A stretch of DNA of 64,000 nt from an uncultured delta proteobacterium (lineage in GTDB: Bacteria; Myxococcota_A; Polyangia; Fen-1088): contig CAWCMR010000008.1 of NCBI GenBank assembly GCA_963796685.1, positions 640,001-704,000 on the forward strand, given 5' to 3'. The position numbers and the translations under genes are program-made. Positions 32,033 to 41,005 of this stretch are shown piece after piece. Within the stretch, counting starts at the first letter, position 1. Each line of letters opens with the position of its first letter. The notes below the pieces were generated by a model, which was not told where the DNA came from, ran no database searches, and worked only from the letters and a program-made list of their open reading frames with translations.

Positions 32033-32320
32033 ATGTCCACTCTCAGTCTCAGACTTCCCGTATCGCTTCATCGCAAACTGTCCGATCTTGCGGAGAACGA
32101 GGGCGTTTCGTTGAACCAGTTGATCAGCTCGGCTGCCGCAGAGAAGGTAGCTGCGTTGATGACCCAGGAGTACCTGTTGAATCGAGCCAACCGCGCATCG
32201 CGAGACAAGTTCGACGCCGTTCTAGCGCGGGTTCCAAAGGTGTCCCCGGTTGCAGGTGACGAGATTCCTGCGGCGTACTTGAAGCGCCCACGCAGGAAGG
32301 GCGGGCTAACAAGCCGTTGA
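32033..32320 (+). CDS. HicB-like ribbon-helix-helix antitoxin
   Basis: MSTLSLRLP.SLH.....LAE.EGVSLNQLI..A.AEK. Confidence 0.85.
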   Translation: MSTLSLRLPVSLHRKLSDLAENEGVSLNQLISSAAAEKVAALMTQEYLLNRANRASRDKFDAVLARVPKVSPVAGDEIPAAYLKRPRRKGGLTSR

Positions 32321-32376
32321 AGCGCTGATGGTCGGCCGCAGACGGCCGCCCACCGCTTAACGGCAAGGCGTTCGGC
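32304..32376 (+). repeat. attC site 10 (73 bp)
   Basis: GGCTAAC...CGGCCGCAGACGGCCG...GTTCGGC. Confidence 0.85.
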
Positions 32377-32437
32377 GGACAGGCGCGCCTTCTGGGGGTA
32401 TGACGGGATCAGTAGTACACAAGAGCGCGCTCGATTA

Positions 32438-33835
32438 TCATGCGGAGGTGCTGAGGTTGTAGAAGCCATCGATGTACTCGGCAATGGAGATGTTGGCAGC
32501 CTCCCAGCTTTCAAGGTGGTCGAGGTTGTCCATCTCGCGCTTGAGCGTCGAGAAGAAGCTCTCGGCCACGGCGTTGTCCCAGCAGTCGCCCTTGCGGCTC
32601 ATGCTGCATTCGATGCCTTCTCTCTCCAGGGCCTTCCTGTAATCGCCGCTGGCGTATGTGCTGCCGCGATCTGAGTGATGAACCAAGCCGTCGGCAGGCT
32701 TGCGCTGGCGGATGGCCATATCGCGTGCAGCGAGCGCGAGATGACGGTCGACGTTCCGACTGGTCGCCCAGCCCACGACTCGTCTGGAGAACAGGTCGAT
32801 GATGACCGCCAGGTACAGCCACCCCTGCATGGTCCAGATGAACGTGATGTCCGTGACCCACGATGCGTTTGGCTTGACCGCGGTGAAGTCACGCCCCAGC
32901 AGGTTCGGTGCGACTGGGAAGTCGTGCTTCGAGTCGGTGGTCTTTCGAAATCGACGACGCGTGATCGCAATCAGCTTGTTTTTCTGCATCAGCCTGGCTA
33001 CGCGCTTGCGGCCAACCTTAGCATCGTCCTCGTTTCCAACGACGATGGCCACGTCATCTGCGTACCGGACCATGAATGCCTGTGACCGAAGTCTGAGCTT
33101 CACTTCCCGAGCAAACCACGTATCCAGGACCTCGTGCAGGTAGATGTTCGCGAGTAGCGGTGAGACGACACCTCCCTGGGGCGTTCCGCCTTCAGGGTGG
33201 TACACGCTGCCGTCCTCTAGAACTCCTGCTTTGAGCCACTTGTCGATTGCTCGACGGAGCACTCCGTCTCGCACCCTTCTGTCGAGAAAGCCTCGGAGAT
33301 GTCCATGGTCGACGGTGTCGAAGTAGCTCTTGATGTCTACCTCAATCACCCAGCCACCGCCCATGTTCATCAGACCCTGCCAAAGCGTTGCCAGCGCTTG
33401 ATGCGCCGACCGGCCCGGTCGGAAGCCATACGAGCAGGCTAGAAAGTCCTGCTCATAAACCGCCTCCAGCACCATCGTGACCGCCCTTTGAAGCACTTTG
33501 TCTTCGAAGGTCGGTATCCCTATGGGGCGGGTCGACTTACCATCCCCCTTCGGGATATGCACCCGTCGAACCGGAGGCGCCTGGTACGTGCCCGACTTGA
33601 ACCGGTCTAGCAGCAACCGCAGATTTCCCTGCAGATTCGCCGCGTACCCGGTCGCATCCTGGCCGTCTACTCCAGTCGCCCCATCCTTTCGGGTCAGCCG
33701 AAACGCTTGGTCTAATAGTTCCAGGTCGATGTGATGGGCAAGCGTCGTGAACACCATGTCCGGTGATTCCTTCGCCAGCTTTGCTATCCGCTGTAGTTTC
33801 GTTGAGACGTTTTCGGGACTCGACGTTCCCTTCAT
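32438..33835 (-). CDS. Chimeric ORF: group II intron RT (N-terminus to just past YADD) fused in frame to an IS3-family DDE integrase core
   Basis: [18 protein letters not shown]...RYADD...NEDDAK|[10 protein letters not shown]...WVTDIT...HHSDRGS.Y...DNAVAESFF...FYN; junction ~33017. Confidence 0.85.
   Translation of the reverse strand: MKGTSSPENVSTKLQRIAKLAKESPDMVFTTLAHHIDLELLDQAFRLTRKDGATGVDGQDATGYAANLQGNLRLLLDRFKSGTYQAPPVRRVHIPKGDGKSTRPIGIPTFEDKVLQRAVTMVLEAVYEQDFLACSYGFRPGRSAHQALATLWQGLMNMGGGWVIEVDIKSYFDTVDHGHLRGFLDRRVRDGVLRRAIDKWLKAGVLEDGSVYHPEGGTPQGGVVSPLLANIYLHEVLDTWFAREVKLRLRSQAFMVRYADDVAIVVGNEDDAKVGRKRVARLMQKNKLIAITRRRFRKTTDSKHDFPVAPNLLGRDFTAVKPNASWVTDITFIWTMQGWLYLAVIIDLFSRRVVGWATSRNVDRHLALAARDMAIRQRKPADGLVHHSDRGSTYASGDYRKALEREGIECSMSRKGDCWDNAVAESFFSTLKREMDNLDHLESWEAANISIAEYIDGFYNLSTSA
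32456..33016 (-). mobile_element. Internal fragment of an IS3-family OrfB; both ends lost
   Basis: rve motifs present; no TG...CA ends or OrfA seen; homology stops after FYN. Confidence 0.8.
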
Positions 33836-34426
33836 CTTTCTCTCCAGCCGTTCCGTAGTTTGGCTCCCCCTTCCCTCCACGGGGTCCCTCGGGTCGGTTC
33901 CCCCGCTTCATCGGTACTACGAGAAAGCTCCGACTTCCTTTCGCCCTTCCCGCCGCGCTTCGTTTCCTTCGCTTGGCGGTACCACTGCGCGCTCATTCGT
34001 TCGCTCCCCATCGTGTCGAGCGCGTCGTGATGGGGCCTGGGCTCTTGGCTTCCGCCGGGTGCCCTTCCCTTGTTGTCAGTGGAGACGACAGGACCTCCCA
34101 GGTTCCTGTGGAACCCCTGTGCATGCGCGCCACGTTCTTCGACCCCGGCGGGACCTCAACGCCTAGCCATTGCGGCATCGCAGGTGCTGACGCCGCTCAG
34201 AAAACCACGGCATCTCCCGCAAGCAGTTTCATTTCGAGGCTCTATCGCGCGGCCCTCATGCTCCCTGTGTACGCTTCGCAGTCGGGGTTACCCCCGAACC
34301 ACGCAACACTCGGTTCCGGCTGGTTGCCAGCCTTTGCCGGGCGGGCTTGTCCCGCCGGGTTCCTTCGCAAGGTTTCAATCATGGTTCTACATGTCATCCT
34401 CCTTGCCCAGGCTTTGCCTGGCGCAC
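33017..34426 (-). mobile_element. 5' part of a second group II intron; domains V/VI and maturase thumb missing
   Basis: Minus-strand start GTGCGCCAGGCAAAGCC at 34426, ~590-nt leader, IEP start [18 protein letters not shown]. Confidence 0.85.
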
Positions 34427-34991
34427 TTTCCGCGGAAACGTCCACCGACTCATCGGCGTGCTTGACCTCGCGAGCCCGGTCGAGCGCACGCAGGACCAGA
34501 TCCGCCTCGTCGGGCAGAAGAACAACTTCGAGCTTCACCATGCCGCCCGGCAAGTCCCGCCGCCGCACGTCGCGCTCTGCTGGCAGCGGAGCATTGTCCA
34601 CGTCCAGGGCGCCCCGGTGGCCGCGGCACAACCGTTCGAGCTGGGCCCCGGTCATGTACATGGCCATCTCGAGCAGGTTCGCCTCGTTCTCGGGCGTGGC
34701 CACGCGGGTTAGCGCCCGCGCCTTTGCGTACGAAATCTTTCCGACCTTCAGGGCGCCGTCGATGGCGGGCAGCTTCCCGAGCGCCCTCGCTACGCGCACC
34801 TTTTCGCGCGCGGTGGCCGGGTCGAGACCGATGCGCCAGGACAGCCAATGAGCGCACGACGCAGCCCCCTGCGCCGCCCACCCGCACTCCTCATCGAACC
34901 CGCGAACGCACTCGAGCAGCCGGTGCGTCGCCACGTCGATGTGTATCGCCAAAGTCGCGATCTCGTCACCCAGTTCGTCGACGGTAGACAT
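34427..34991 (-). pseudogene. DUF222/HNH-family gene interrupted by intron 2; 3' half absent
   Basis: LGDEIA.LA.HI.VA..RLL...FD...GW...G..SCAHWLSWR.GL....ARE.VRVARAL. Confidence 0.8.
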
Positions 34992-35033
34992 GGGTATGAC
35001 TATACATTTGTTCAGGTTCAATGGCTAGGCGAA

Positions 35034-35068
35034 GTTGCATGGACCAACGCATGCAACTATGATAGTTG
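35034..35068 (+). promoter_or_regulatory. Sigma70-like promoter with operator palindromes for the Phd-PIN TA pair
   Basis: TTGCAT-N17-TATGAT; GTTGCATG-N8-CATGCAAC and CAACTA-TGA-TAGTTG inverted repeats. Confidence 0.65.
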
Positions 35069-35083
35069 AAGGAGTTGGCCTCC

Positions 35084-35374
35084 ATGACCGAAAGAATCTC
35101 GACTCTTGAAGTGCGGCAGCGCCTTGGCGACATGCTCAACCGTGTTGCCCTGCGCCACGATGAGTTCGTGATCGAGCGAAAAGGCAAGGCTCTCGCGGCG
35201 CTGGTTCCCGTCGAGAAGCTCGATCAAATGCGCCGGATCGCCCGGCGCAATGCTCTCGATTTCCTGGATCAACAGAAGGGCGGCCGGCTATCCGACGGCA
35301 AGGCGGCCGAGCTCGCCCTCGCGGCACAAGCCTGGGCACGCAAGGCCAGTAAGGCCAAGCCTTCGCGAAAGTAA
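35084..35374 (+). CDS. Phd/YefM family antitoxin
   Basis: IST.EVRQRLGDMLNRV......VIERKGK.LAALVP. Confidence 0.88.
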   Translation: MTERISTLEVRQRLGDMLNRVALRHDEFVIERKGKALAALVPVEKLDQMRRIARRNALDFLDQQKGGRLSDGKAAELALAAQAWARKASKAKPSRK

Positions 35375-35377
35375 CCC

Positions 35378-35815
35378 GTGCTTCGCGCCGTCCTCGACGC
35401 AAACGTATTCGTCAGTGCAGCGATTCGCCCAGAAGGGCCTCCCGGCCAGATCCTGCGCCGCTTCCTGCGCGATGAGGCGTTCGAGTTGGTCATGTCCCCC
35501 GCAATCGTCACCGAAATCGTGACCGCTCTCGCCTACCCAGCGGTGCGCAGATGCTTGCACGCCCCCATCAACGCCAGCCAGTGGCTCGACAGCATCCTCC
35601 TGCTTGCAGACCTCGTCGAGGAGAGCGCGTTTTCGTCCCAAGTCTCGCAAGCTCCCGACGACGACAAATACCTCCACGCCGCAGTCTCCGGCCGTGCGTC
35701 TGTGATCGTGAGCGGCGACAAGCACCTCTTGGTCCTGGGCGACTTCGAGGGGATCCGCATCGTGCAACCACGGGAGTTCTTGGGGGGGGGCTGGGTGCGA
35801 GGAGTTAGGGGCTAG
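35378..35815 (+). CDS. PIN-domain toxin
   Basis: RAVLDANVFVSA, PDDDKYL..A..G.A..IVSGDKHLL; C-terminus runs into a G-run. Confidence 0.88.
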   Translation: MLRAVLDANVFVSAAIRPEGPPGQILRRFLRDEAFELVMSPAIVTEIVTALAYPAVRRCLHAPINASQWLDSILLLADLVEESAFSSQVSQAPDDDKYLHAAVSGRASVIVSGDKHLLVLGDFEGIRIVQPREFLGGGWVRGVRG

Positions 35816-36759
35816 GACTGGTCGTCGCGGAACGTGAGGTCGAGCCCCCGGGTGGTGCTGTAGGGTGCGCTGACGAAGGTGCCTTCGATGATCCGGTCTG
35901 TACGGCGTAGTCTGTGGAACTGACCAGCGCTGATGGGGACGTGCAGAAAGCTTGCTGTCAGCGGCTCATCACGCATCCGCCGCTCGTGCTCATCCCGGTA
36001 GCACAGGGGAACGACCTCGGTACCGTCGAAGTTTTCCAGGAACTCATCGCGCAGACTGCGGTCGGAGTTGAGAGGACGATTCACGGCGATTACCGTGTCA
36101 CGGATTCGTCGTGTTCGCGCGGCCAAGTCCGCAAGGTAGTTGTCGGCGATTGGCTCGTAGCAAGCGTCGACCCAACCCTGGACGTCGCCTTCGCCCACCA
36201 CTCGGCTGCTTCCCTTTGTGAAGTCGCGCAGCACGCCGATGGCGCGCGCGACGATCTCGGGGTCGTACACGCGGTTGACGGTCTCGTGCTGGTCGATGGC
36301 GTCCACGAGCGTCCGGACTGCCTCGCCACGGCTGCGGTAGTCGCGGGCGGGGCGCTTGTCGGCCAGGACCAGATCGGCGGTGGCGTCGGCGCGGGCAAGC
36401 AAGGGATCAGGCAAAGCGGCACGGATTTTCTCCAGGGCGGTGATCGCGGCCTCGTGGAAGAACGTGCCGGTCAGGCCGGCGAGCAGATCCCGGCCCGCGG
36501 TCAGCGCCAGCATCTCGGAGAAGCTGAGGGTGATCGACAACCGCCGCTTGGGGCCGTCGACCAAGCGCCAGCGCACGCGTTTGCCTTCGGCCTCGGGATA
36601 AATGGGGACACCGGTCTCCGAGAGGACGAGGAAATCACGGTAGATCGTGCGGCGGCTACATCCCAGCTCTGCCGCAGCCTTCTCGACCGACAGCTCTCTT
36701 CTCTCGTCGAGGAGTCGCAACAGACGCTGTTGTCGTGCGAGATAGCCGCTGCGCCTCAC
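35812..36759 (-). CDS. Chimeric ORF: HTH and linker of a YafY/WYL-type regulator fused to a Cas3-like C-terminal domain
   Basis: N-half A.ELGCSRRTIYRD...L...G.PI...L.DAI stops where the WYL domain would begin (~36276); C-half VYD.EIV..A...VQGWVD..Y...FDG.EV.P...PL.AS.L.VPIS.GQF...PY....GL recalls Cas3 C-termini. Confidence 0.55.
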   Translation of the reverse strand: MRRSGYLARQQRLLRLLDERRELSVEKAAAELGCSRRTIYRDFLVLSETGVPIYPEAEGKRVRWRLVDGPKRRLSITLSFSEMLALTAGRDLLAGLTGTFFHEAAITALEKIRAALPDPLLARADATADLVLADKRPARDYRSRGEAVRTLVDAIDQHETVNRVYDPEIVARAIGVLRDFTKGSSRVVGEGDVQGWVDACYEPIADNYLADLAARTRRIRDTVIAVNRPLNSDRSLRDEFLENFDGTEVVPLCYRDEHERRMRDEPLTASFLHVPISAGQFHRLRRTDRIIEGTFVSAPYSTTRGLDLTFRDDQS

Positions 36760-36809
36760 GGTTCCTGATGCTACGCACCTACGGCGAGTGGGTCAATCGC
36801 GCCTTGGCG

Positions 36810-37697
36810 CTACGGCTTCGCGAGCGGAAACACGATGATATACGATCGTTCGCTGCGGCGGATGAGCAGGGCGTCGCCGGCCTTGATGCCGGCCTTGAAT
36901 GTGGCGAACCACGGCTCGACGGCCATGCGTTCGTCGGTCATGATGTATTCGGGCACAAACACGTCTACCTCCAAGTACTGTCCCTTTGCCTTGTCGAACA
37001 GCGCACGGCCGAAGGCGAAGGGCCTGTCCTCCGGCGCGGGATAGAGATCGTTGTGCAAGGCTCCTCCGTACACGGCGACCACGCGTGGCCCTTTGCTGCC
37101 TGCCGGCATCGGGGCCGAGAGCCAGCGGCCCACCTCGCTTTGCAGGCGCTCGCGCGTCAGGGTCAGCATCTTCGCAAAATCGGTTTCGCCGTCTTTGTCC
37201 GTGACCCGGCGGTAGTCCTTGCACGACATGGTCAGGATGTGCGGCGCGATACCCATCGCGCGCGCCCGCTTGAGCAGCGTGACGATCTCGTTCTCCGTCT
37301 CGGGTGGACGCTCGGTGGTGGTCTGAACATCGTCGACGACCTTGCTTTCCCGCTTTCCACAGGCGCCATCGGCCACCCAGGTTTCCACCACCAGATCCGT
37401 TGCCCGCTTGGCGATCACGGGTAGCAGCTCCTCGGTGAAACGCGAAAGCGACGACCGTATCTTCCTCGTTTCGGTGGTTTGGTGGTACTCGCCGAAAGCC
37501 AAGACCCGCGCGGGCGTGGCGAGCACCTTTTCGAGCGCCTGGGCGGCAGTCGCGAAGTGCTCCACCGCCGGGCGCTCCTGCGCGGGCACGGGCACGCCAG
37601 ACGCGGACTTCGCAGCCGATGACGCGGCCGGCGCGACCAGCATCCCGAGGGAGGCCAGGAGAGGTAGTCCGAGCCGGGCCTTGTTGTGTGTCGTCAT
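36810..37697 (-). CDS. Secreted hypothetical protein (VLAFGEYHQ / YGGALHND motifs)
   Basis: Signal peptide, coding bias. Confidence 0.6.
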   Translation of the reverse strand: MTTHNKARLGLPLLASLGMLVAPAASSAAKSASGVPVPAQERPAVEHFATAAQALEKVLATPARVLAFGEYHQTTETRKIRSSLSRFTEELLPVIAKRATDLVVETWVADGACGKRESKVVDDVQTTTERPPETENEIVTLLKRARAMGIAPHILTMSCKDYRRVTDKDGETDFAKMLTLTRERLQSEVGRWLSAPMPAGSKGPRVVAVYGGALHNDLYPAPEDRPFAFGRALFDKAKGQYLEVDVFVPEYIMTDERMAVEPWFATFKAGIKAGDALLIRRSERSYIIVFPLAKP

Positions 37698-37874
37698 CGT
37701 GATTTACACCTTGCGCATACGAAACATGGCAAAGATAGCGCGGCATCGCGATGCCGGATTCCGAATTGTCGTCGCGGGGTTTGCGGCCATACTCGAATCT
37801 TGAGCCGCGCAATGGCTGCGTCGGCACTGCGCGTGTGTTAAACAACGGCCCGAATCGACCGCGTCCACACCACG

Positions 37875-39164
37875 GTGACGCCGCTCATCGAAAGGCCTGC
37901 CGCAGGCTGCATGACGATCTCTCGCTCTCGCACGAACAGACTCCCTACCCAAACTTCTGGAAGAATGCCCTTCTCTGCCCGCGATCTCGTCCAGGACTTC
38001 ACCGACTGTCTGATGGCAGCCATGGAATCGGCGACCGTGGAACGCGGACAGGCGATGATCGCCGACGTATTCTCCGCGGTCACGACCGATGCCAACCTCG
38101 GCCTTGGAAAAGCGGCGAAGAGACGGGCCGATCGCGAGCGCAGCCAGGTGGTGACCGCGCTGACCCGGCAGTTTCTGAACGCGATCGAGGACTGGCAACA
38201 CACCCAGGTGCGCGCCAAGATCGAGCGCGAGCTCGCGCGTGCCTCGGCGACGGCCTCCCGCGACGGCGAGCGAACCTTCCCCTCTTCTTCCGCGTCCGCC
38301 CTCGACGCGACGATGCCTGCGCGCCGACGAACGCGACGGGTACGACCGAATCCGCACTTGCCGCCTCCGCTCGACCCCGAACAGATCAAGCGCGATCAGG
38401 AATTCGCGCGCCTTCGCGCGCTGCTCAAGCCGGTCGACTTGGAACCTGCCGCCCCTGTGCCGATGCCGGTTGTCGTCGCGCCGCCGGCCCAGCCCGCGCG
38501 CCCCGTTTCGCCGGGTGAAGTTCTGCATGTGCTCGAGAAGGAAATTCAAGACGCGGTCCCCAGCCTTGGCACGCTTGGTCCCGAGCGCTGCACCGCCCAG
38601 ATCGCGGCCTGGGCCGGACTGGTGCGCGGTTTGCGCGACCGACTGCCGCCCGACGTCGCGGCCACCATGCGCCCCGCCTTTCGGATTTTCCTGGAACATC
38701 TGACCCAGCTGCGCGTCGAAATGGAAGCGCACGTCGTGGACGCGCTCGAGCCCAATTGGAAATCGCCCGACTGGGACGCCTACGTCGAGGTCAACCGCGC
38801 GCGCGCCGAGCAGCGAAAGCCGGCGCTTTCATCCGACCGGCTGCACATGCACCATCGATCGATGCTTCGCGCGCTCGTCCTTCCCCATCGCAGGAACGTG
38901 CCTGAGCACGCGGTGGCCATCATCGATGCCGCGACCGAGGCCCTGCACCCGGAAGACTCCTTGCTGCAATCGGCGATTCGCAGGCACAGCTCCGTTCGCA
39001 AGTCGCAGACCATGGATACCATCGCGGAGCCCTCGGCGGTGCCCGCCGCGCCAGGTGGGGAGGCCACCGAGAGCGGCCCCGAAGGCCCCACCCAGGCCAC
39101 GCCCAAGACCGATACCCCGAGCGTCCCCGACGAAAACGAATTCGACAGCCTGTGGACCAAGTAG
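37875..39164 (+). CDS. Hypothetical protein; start uncertain
   Basis: Long helical ORF overlapping the downstream rhomboid start. Confidence 0.55.
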   Translation: MTPLIERPAAGCMTISRSRTNRLPTQTSGRMPFSARDLVQDFTDCLMAAMESATVERGQAMIADVFSAVTTDANLGLGKAAKRRADRERSQVVTALTRQFLNAIEDWQHTQVRAKIERELARASATASRDGERTFPSSSASALDATMPARRRTRRVRPNPHLPPPLDPEQIKRDQEFARLRALLKPVDLEPAAPVPMPVVVAPPAQPARPVSPGEVLHVLEKEIQDAVPSLGTLGPERCTAQIAAWAGLVRGLRDRLPPDVAATMRPAFRIFLEHLTQLRVEMEAHVVDALEPNWKSPDWDAYVEVNRARAEQRKPALSSDRLHMHHRSMLRALVLPHRRNVPEHAVAIIDAATEALHPEDSLLQSAIRRHSSVRKSQTMDTIAEPSAVPAAPGGEATESGPEGPTQATPKTDTPSVPDENEFDSLWTK

Positions 39165-39718
39165 CCAAGGTACTGACGGACCGGCCGTGGGCACTCATTG
39201 CCTGGCCGGCCCTGGCCATGACCGCGATAACACTCCTGCGCGCGGTCCTCGGCCAATCGGCCAATCGGCTGGCTATCGTGCCGCGCACGTCGGGCGGACT
39301 CCTGGGCATCGTCACCGCGCCCTTCATGCACGGAGGCGCCACCCACCTGGCTGCCAACCTTCCGCCCTTCGTCATCCTCGGCGCGCTCGTGCTCAGGCAC
39401 GGTCAACGGACTTTCCTCGAGACGACGCTGCTCATCGCTCTGGGCTCTGGAACGCTGCTGTGGCTGCTCGGCCGGAAGGCCGCCCACATGGGCGCCAGCG
39501 GCGTGATCTTCGGCTTCTTCGGCTATCTCATCGCACTGGCCATCTTCGGCCGCAGCGTGACCGACGTGCTCGTCGCCGGGGCCGTGGTGCTGGTCTATGG
39601 ATCGATGCTGGCCGGCATCAAGCCGGTGCGCAACGGGACCTCCTTCGAGGGCCACTTCTTCGGCCTGGTGGCCGGCGTGGCCACCGCTTGGCTCGAACAT
39701 CATCAAACCTTCAAGTAA
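39152..39718 (+). CDS. Rhomboid family intramembrane serine protease
   Basis: PFMHG...HL..N, GASG, SFEGHFFG. Confidence 0.9.
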   Translation: MDQVAKVLTDRPWALIAWPALAMTAITLLRAVLGQSANRLAIVPRTSGGLLGIVTAPFMHGGATHLAANLPPFVILGALVLRHGQRTFLETTLLIALGSGTLLWLLGRKAAHMGASGVIFGFFGYLIALAIFGRSVTDVLVAGAVVLVYGSMLAGIKPVRNGTSFEGHFFGLVAGVATAWLEHHQTFK

Positions 39719-39793
39719 TTGCGCCACGCCAGTAGCGGGGCAGGCGCTTCCGACTATGCTAGGCACATCGTCTTTCACGCCTGAGCTGACACC

Positions 39794-41005
39794 TTGAGCC
39801 GCACCCTCGGATTCGCCATTCTTTTCGCCATCGTCTGCACCATCATGGCGGGGGTCCACTACTACTTCTGGGCTCGGTTGGTGCGCGATACCCAGATGTC
39901 CGGGCTGGCCCGACAGCTCGCCACCAGCACCGTCGTAGCATTGGCGCTCCTCGTGGTGGCCTCGGTCTCGGTGGGACGCATGATCCCCAGCCTCCGCCGC
40001 GTGCTCGCCTGGCCCGGCTTCATCTGGATGGGCGTCATGCTCTTCCTGATGGTTGCTCTGCTTGCCGCGGACATCGTGCGTCTGTTGGCGACGCTGGCCA
40101 GCCGGTGGCTCGGAGCCGCGAACGCCTTCGACGGCTCTCGTCGCGTTTTCACCGCGCGCGTGCTGGCCGGGGCGGCGCTGGCCAGCGTGGGCGGCGTGAC
40201 GGCAGCGGCCATCCGCGCGACGCGCGGGCGGATCGCGATCAAGCGGGTCGAAGTCGTCTTGCAACGCTTGCCGCCCGGTCTTGACGGAACGCGCATCGTG
40301 CAGATGTGCGACATGCACGTCGGCGGCCTGCTTGGCCGCCAGTTCGTCGAACGCGTCGTCCGCGCCGCCAATGGGCTCGCTCCCGACATCATCGCCGTCG
40401 TCGGCGACCTGGTGGATGGCACGATCGAGCAGTTGCGCCCTGCGCTTGCCTCGCTTGCCGACCTGCGCGCCCGACACGGGGTCTTCTTCGTGACCGGGAA
40501 CCACGAGTACTACACGCACTCGGGCGCTCGCGCGTGGATGGACGAGATCGATCGCATGGGCCTGCGGGTGCTCCGCAACCAGCGCGTCGCCATCGGCAGC
40601 GAGGCAGAGGGATTCGACCTGGCGGGTGTTCCCGACCACGGCGCCTCGCGCTTTCCGGAGGACGGTCCGGCCGAGGACATCGCGGGCGCCCTGGCGGGAC
40701 GCGATCCCTCGCGCGCGGTGGTGCTGCTGGCCCATCAGCCCATCTCCATTCACAAGGCGGCGAGCCTGGGCGTGGACTTGCAGTTGTCCGGGCACACCCA
40801 TGGCGGACAGATTTGGCCTTGGGGCCTTTTGGTGCGATTGCAGCAGCCCTTCATTCGCGGCCTGCACCGGGTCGCGGAATCCCAGATCTACGTGAGCTGC
40901 GGAACAGGTTTCTGGGGTCCGCCCATGCGCCTCGGCGCCCCGGCCGAGATCACCGAGATAGTTTTGCGCTCCGCAAGAAATGGGGCGGGGGTGGCGCCGG
41001 GCTAG
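39794..41005 (+). CDS. Membrane-anchored metallophosphoesterase (YkuE/YaeI-like)
   Basis: DMH, GDLVD, GNHE, LLAHQP, SGHTHGGQ. Confidence 0.92.
   Translation: MSRTLGFAILFAIVCTIMAGVHYYFWARLVRDTQMSGLARQLATSTVVALALLVVASVSVGRMIPSLRRVLAWPGFIWMGVMLFLMVALLAADIVRLLATLASRWLGAANAFDGSRRVFTARVLAGAALASVGGVTAAAIRATRGRIAIKRVEVVLQRLPPGLDGTRIVQMCDMHVGGLLGRQFVERVVRAANGLAPDIIAVVGDLVDGTIEQLRPALASLADLRARHGVFFVTGNHEYYTHSGARAWMDEIDRMGLRVLRNQRVAIGSEAEGFDLAGVPDHGASRFPEDGPAEDIAGALAGRDPSRAVVLLAHQPISIHKAASLGVDLQLSGHTHGGQIWPWGLLVRLQQPFIRGLHRVAESQIYVSCGTGFWGPPMRLGAPAEITEIVLRSARNGAGVAPG

Larger units (their letters stand above)
19667..32455 (+). mobile_element. Integron gene-cassette array lacking an adjacent integrase (CALIN-like): 10 complete cassettes plus a truncated 11th
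   Basis: 10 attC-like imperfect palindromes AAC-AAGCCGTTGCAGC...GCTGAACGGCAAGGC-GTT; each cassette's start heptamer complements its own inverse core (perfect in 7 of 10). Confidence 0.92.

Noticed and set aside
19800-32376. Repeats interpreted as a CRISPR array or REP elements
   Set aside because: They vary from 63 to 170 bp, are separated by whole genes and have AAC/GTT core architecture, so they are attC sites
22816-34426. RT genes as retron, DGR or CRISPR-associated RT
   Set aside because: Both show group II intron hallmarks (5' GUG start; domain V and X domain for the first); no TR/VR pair, msr/msd or cas1 seen
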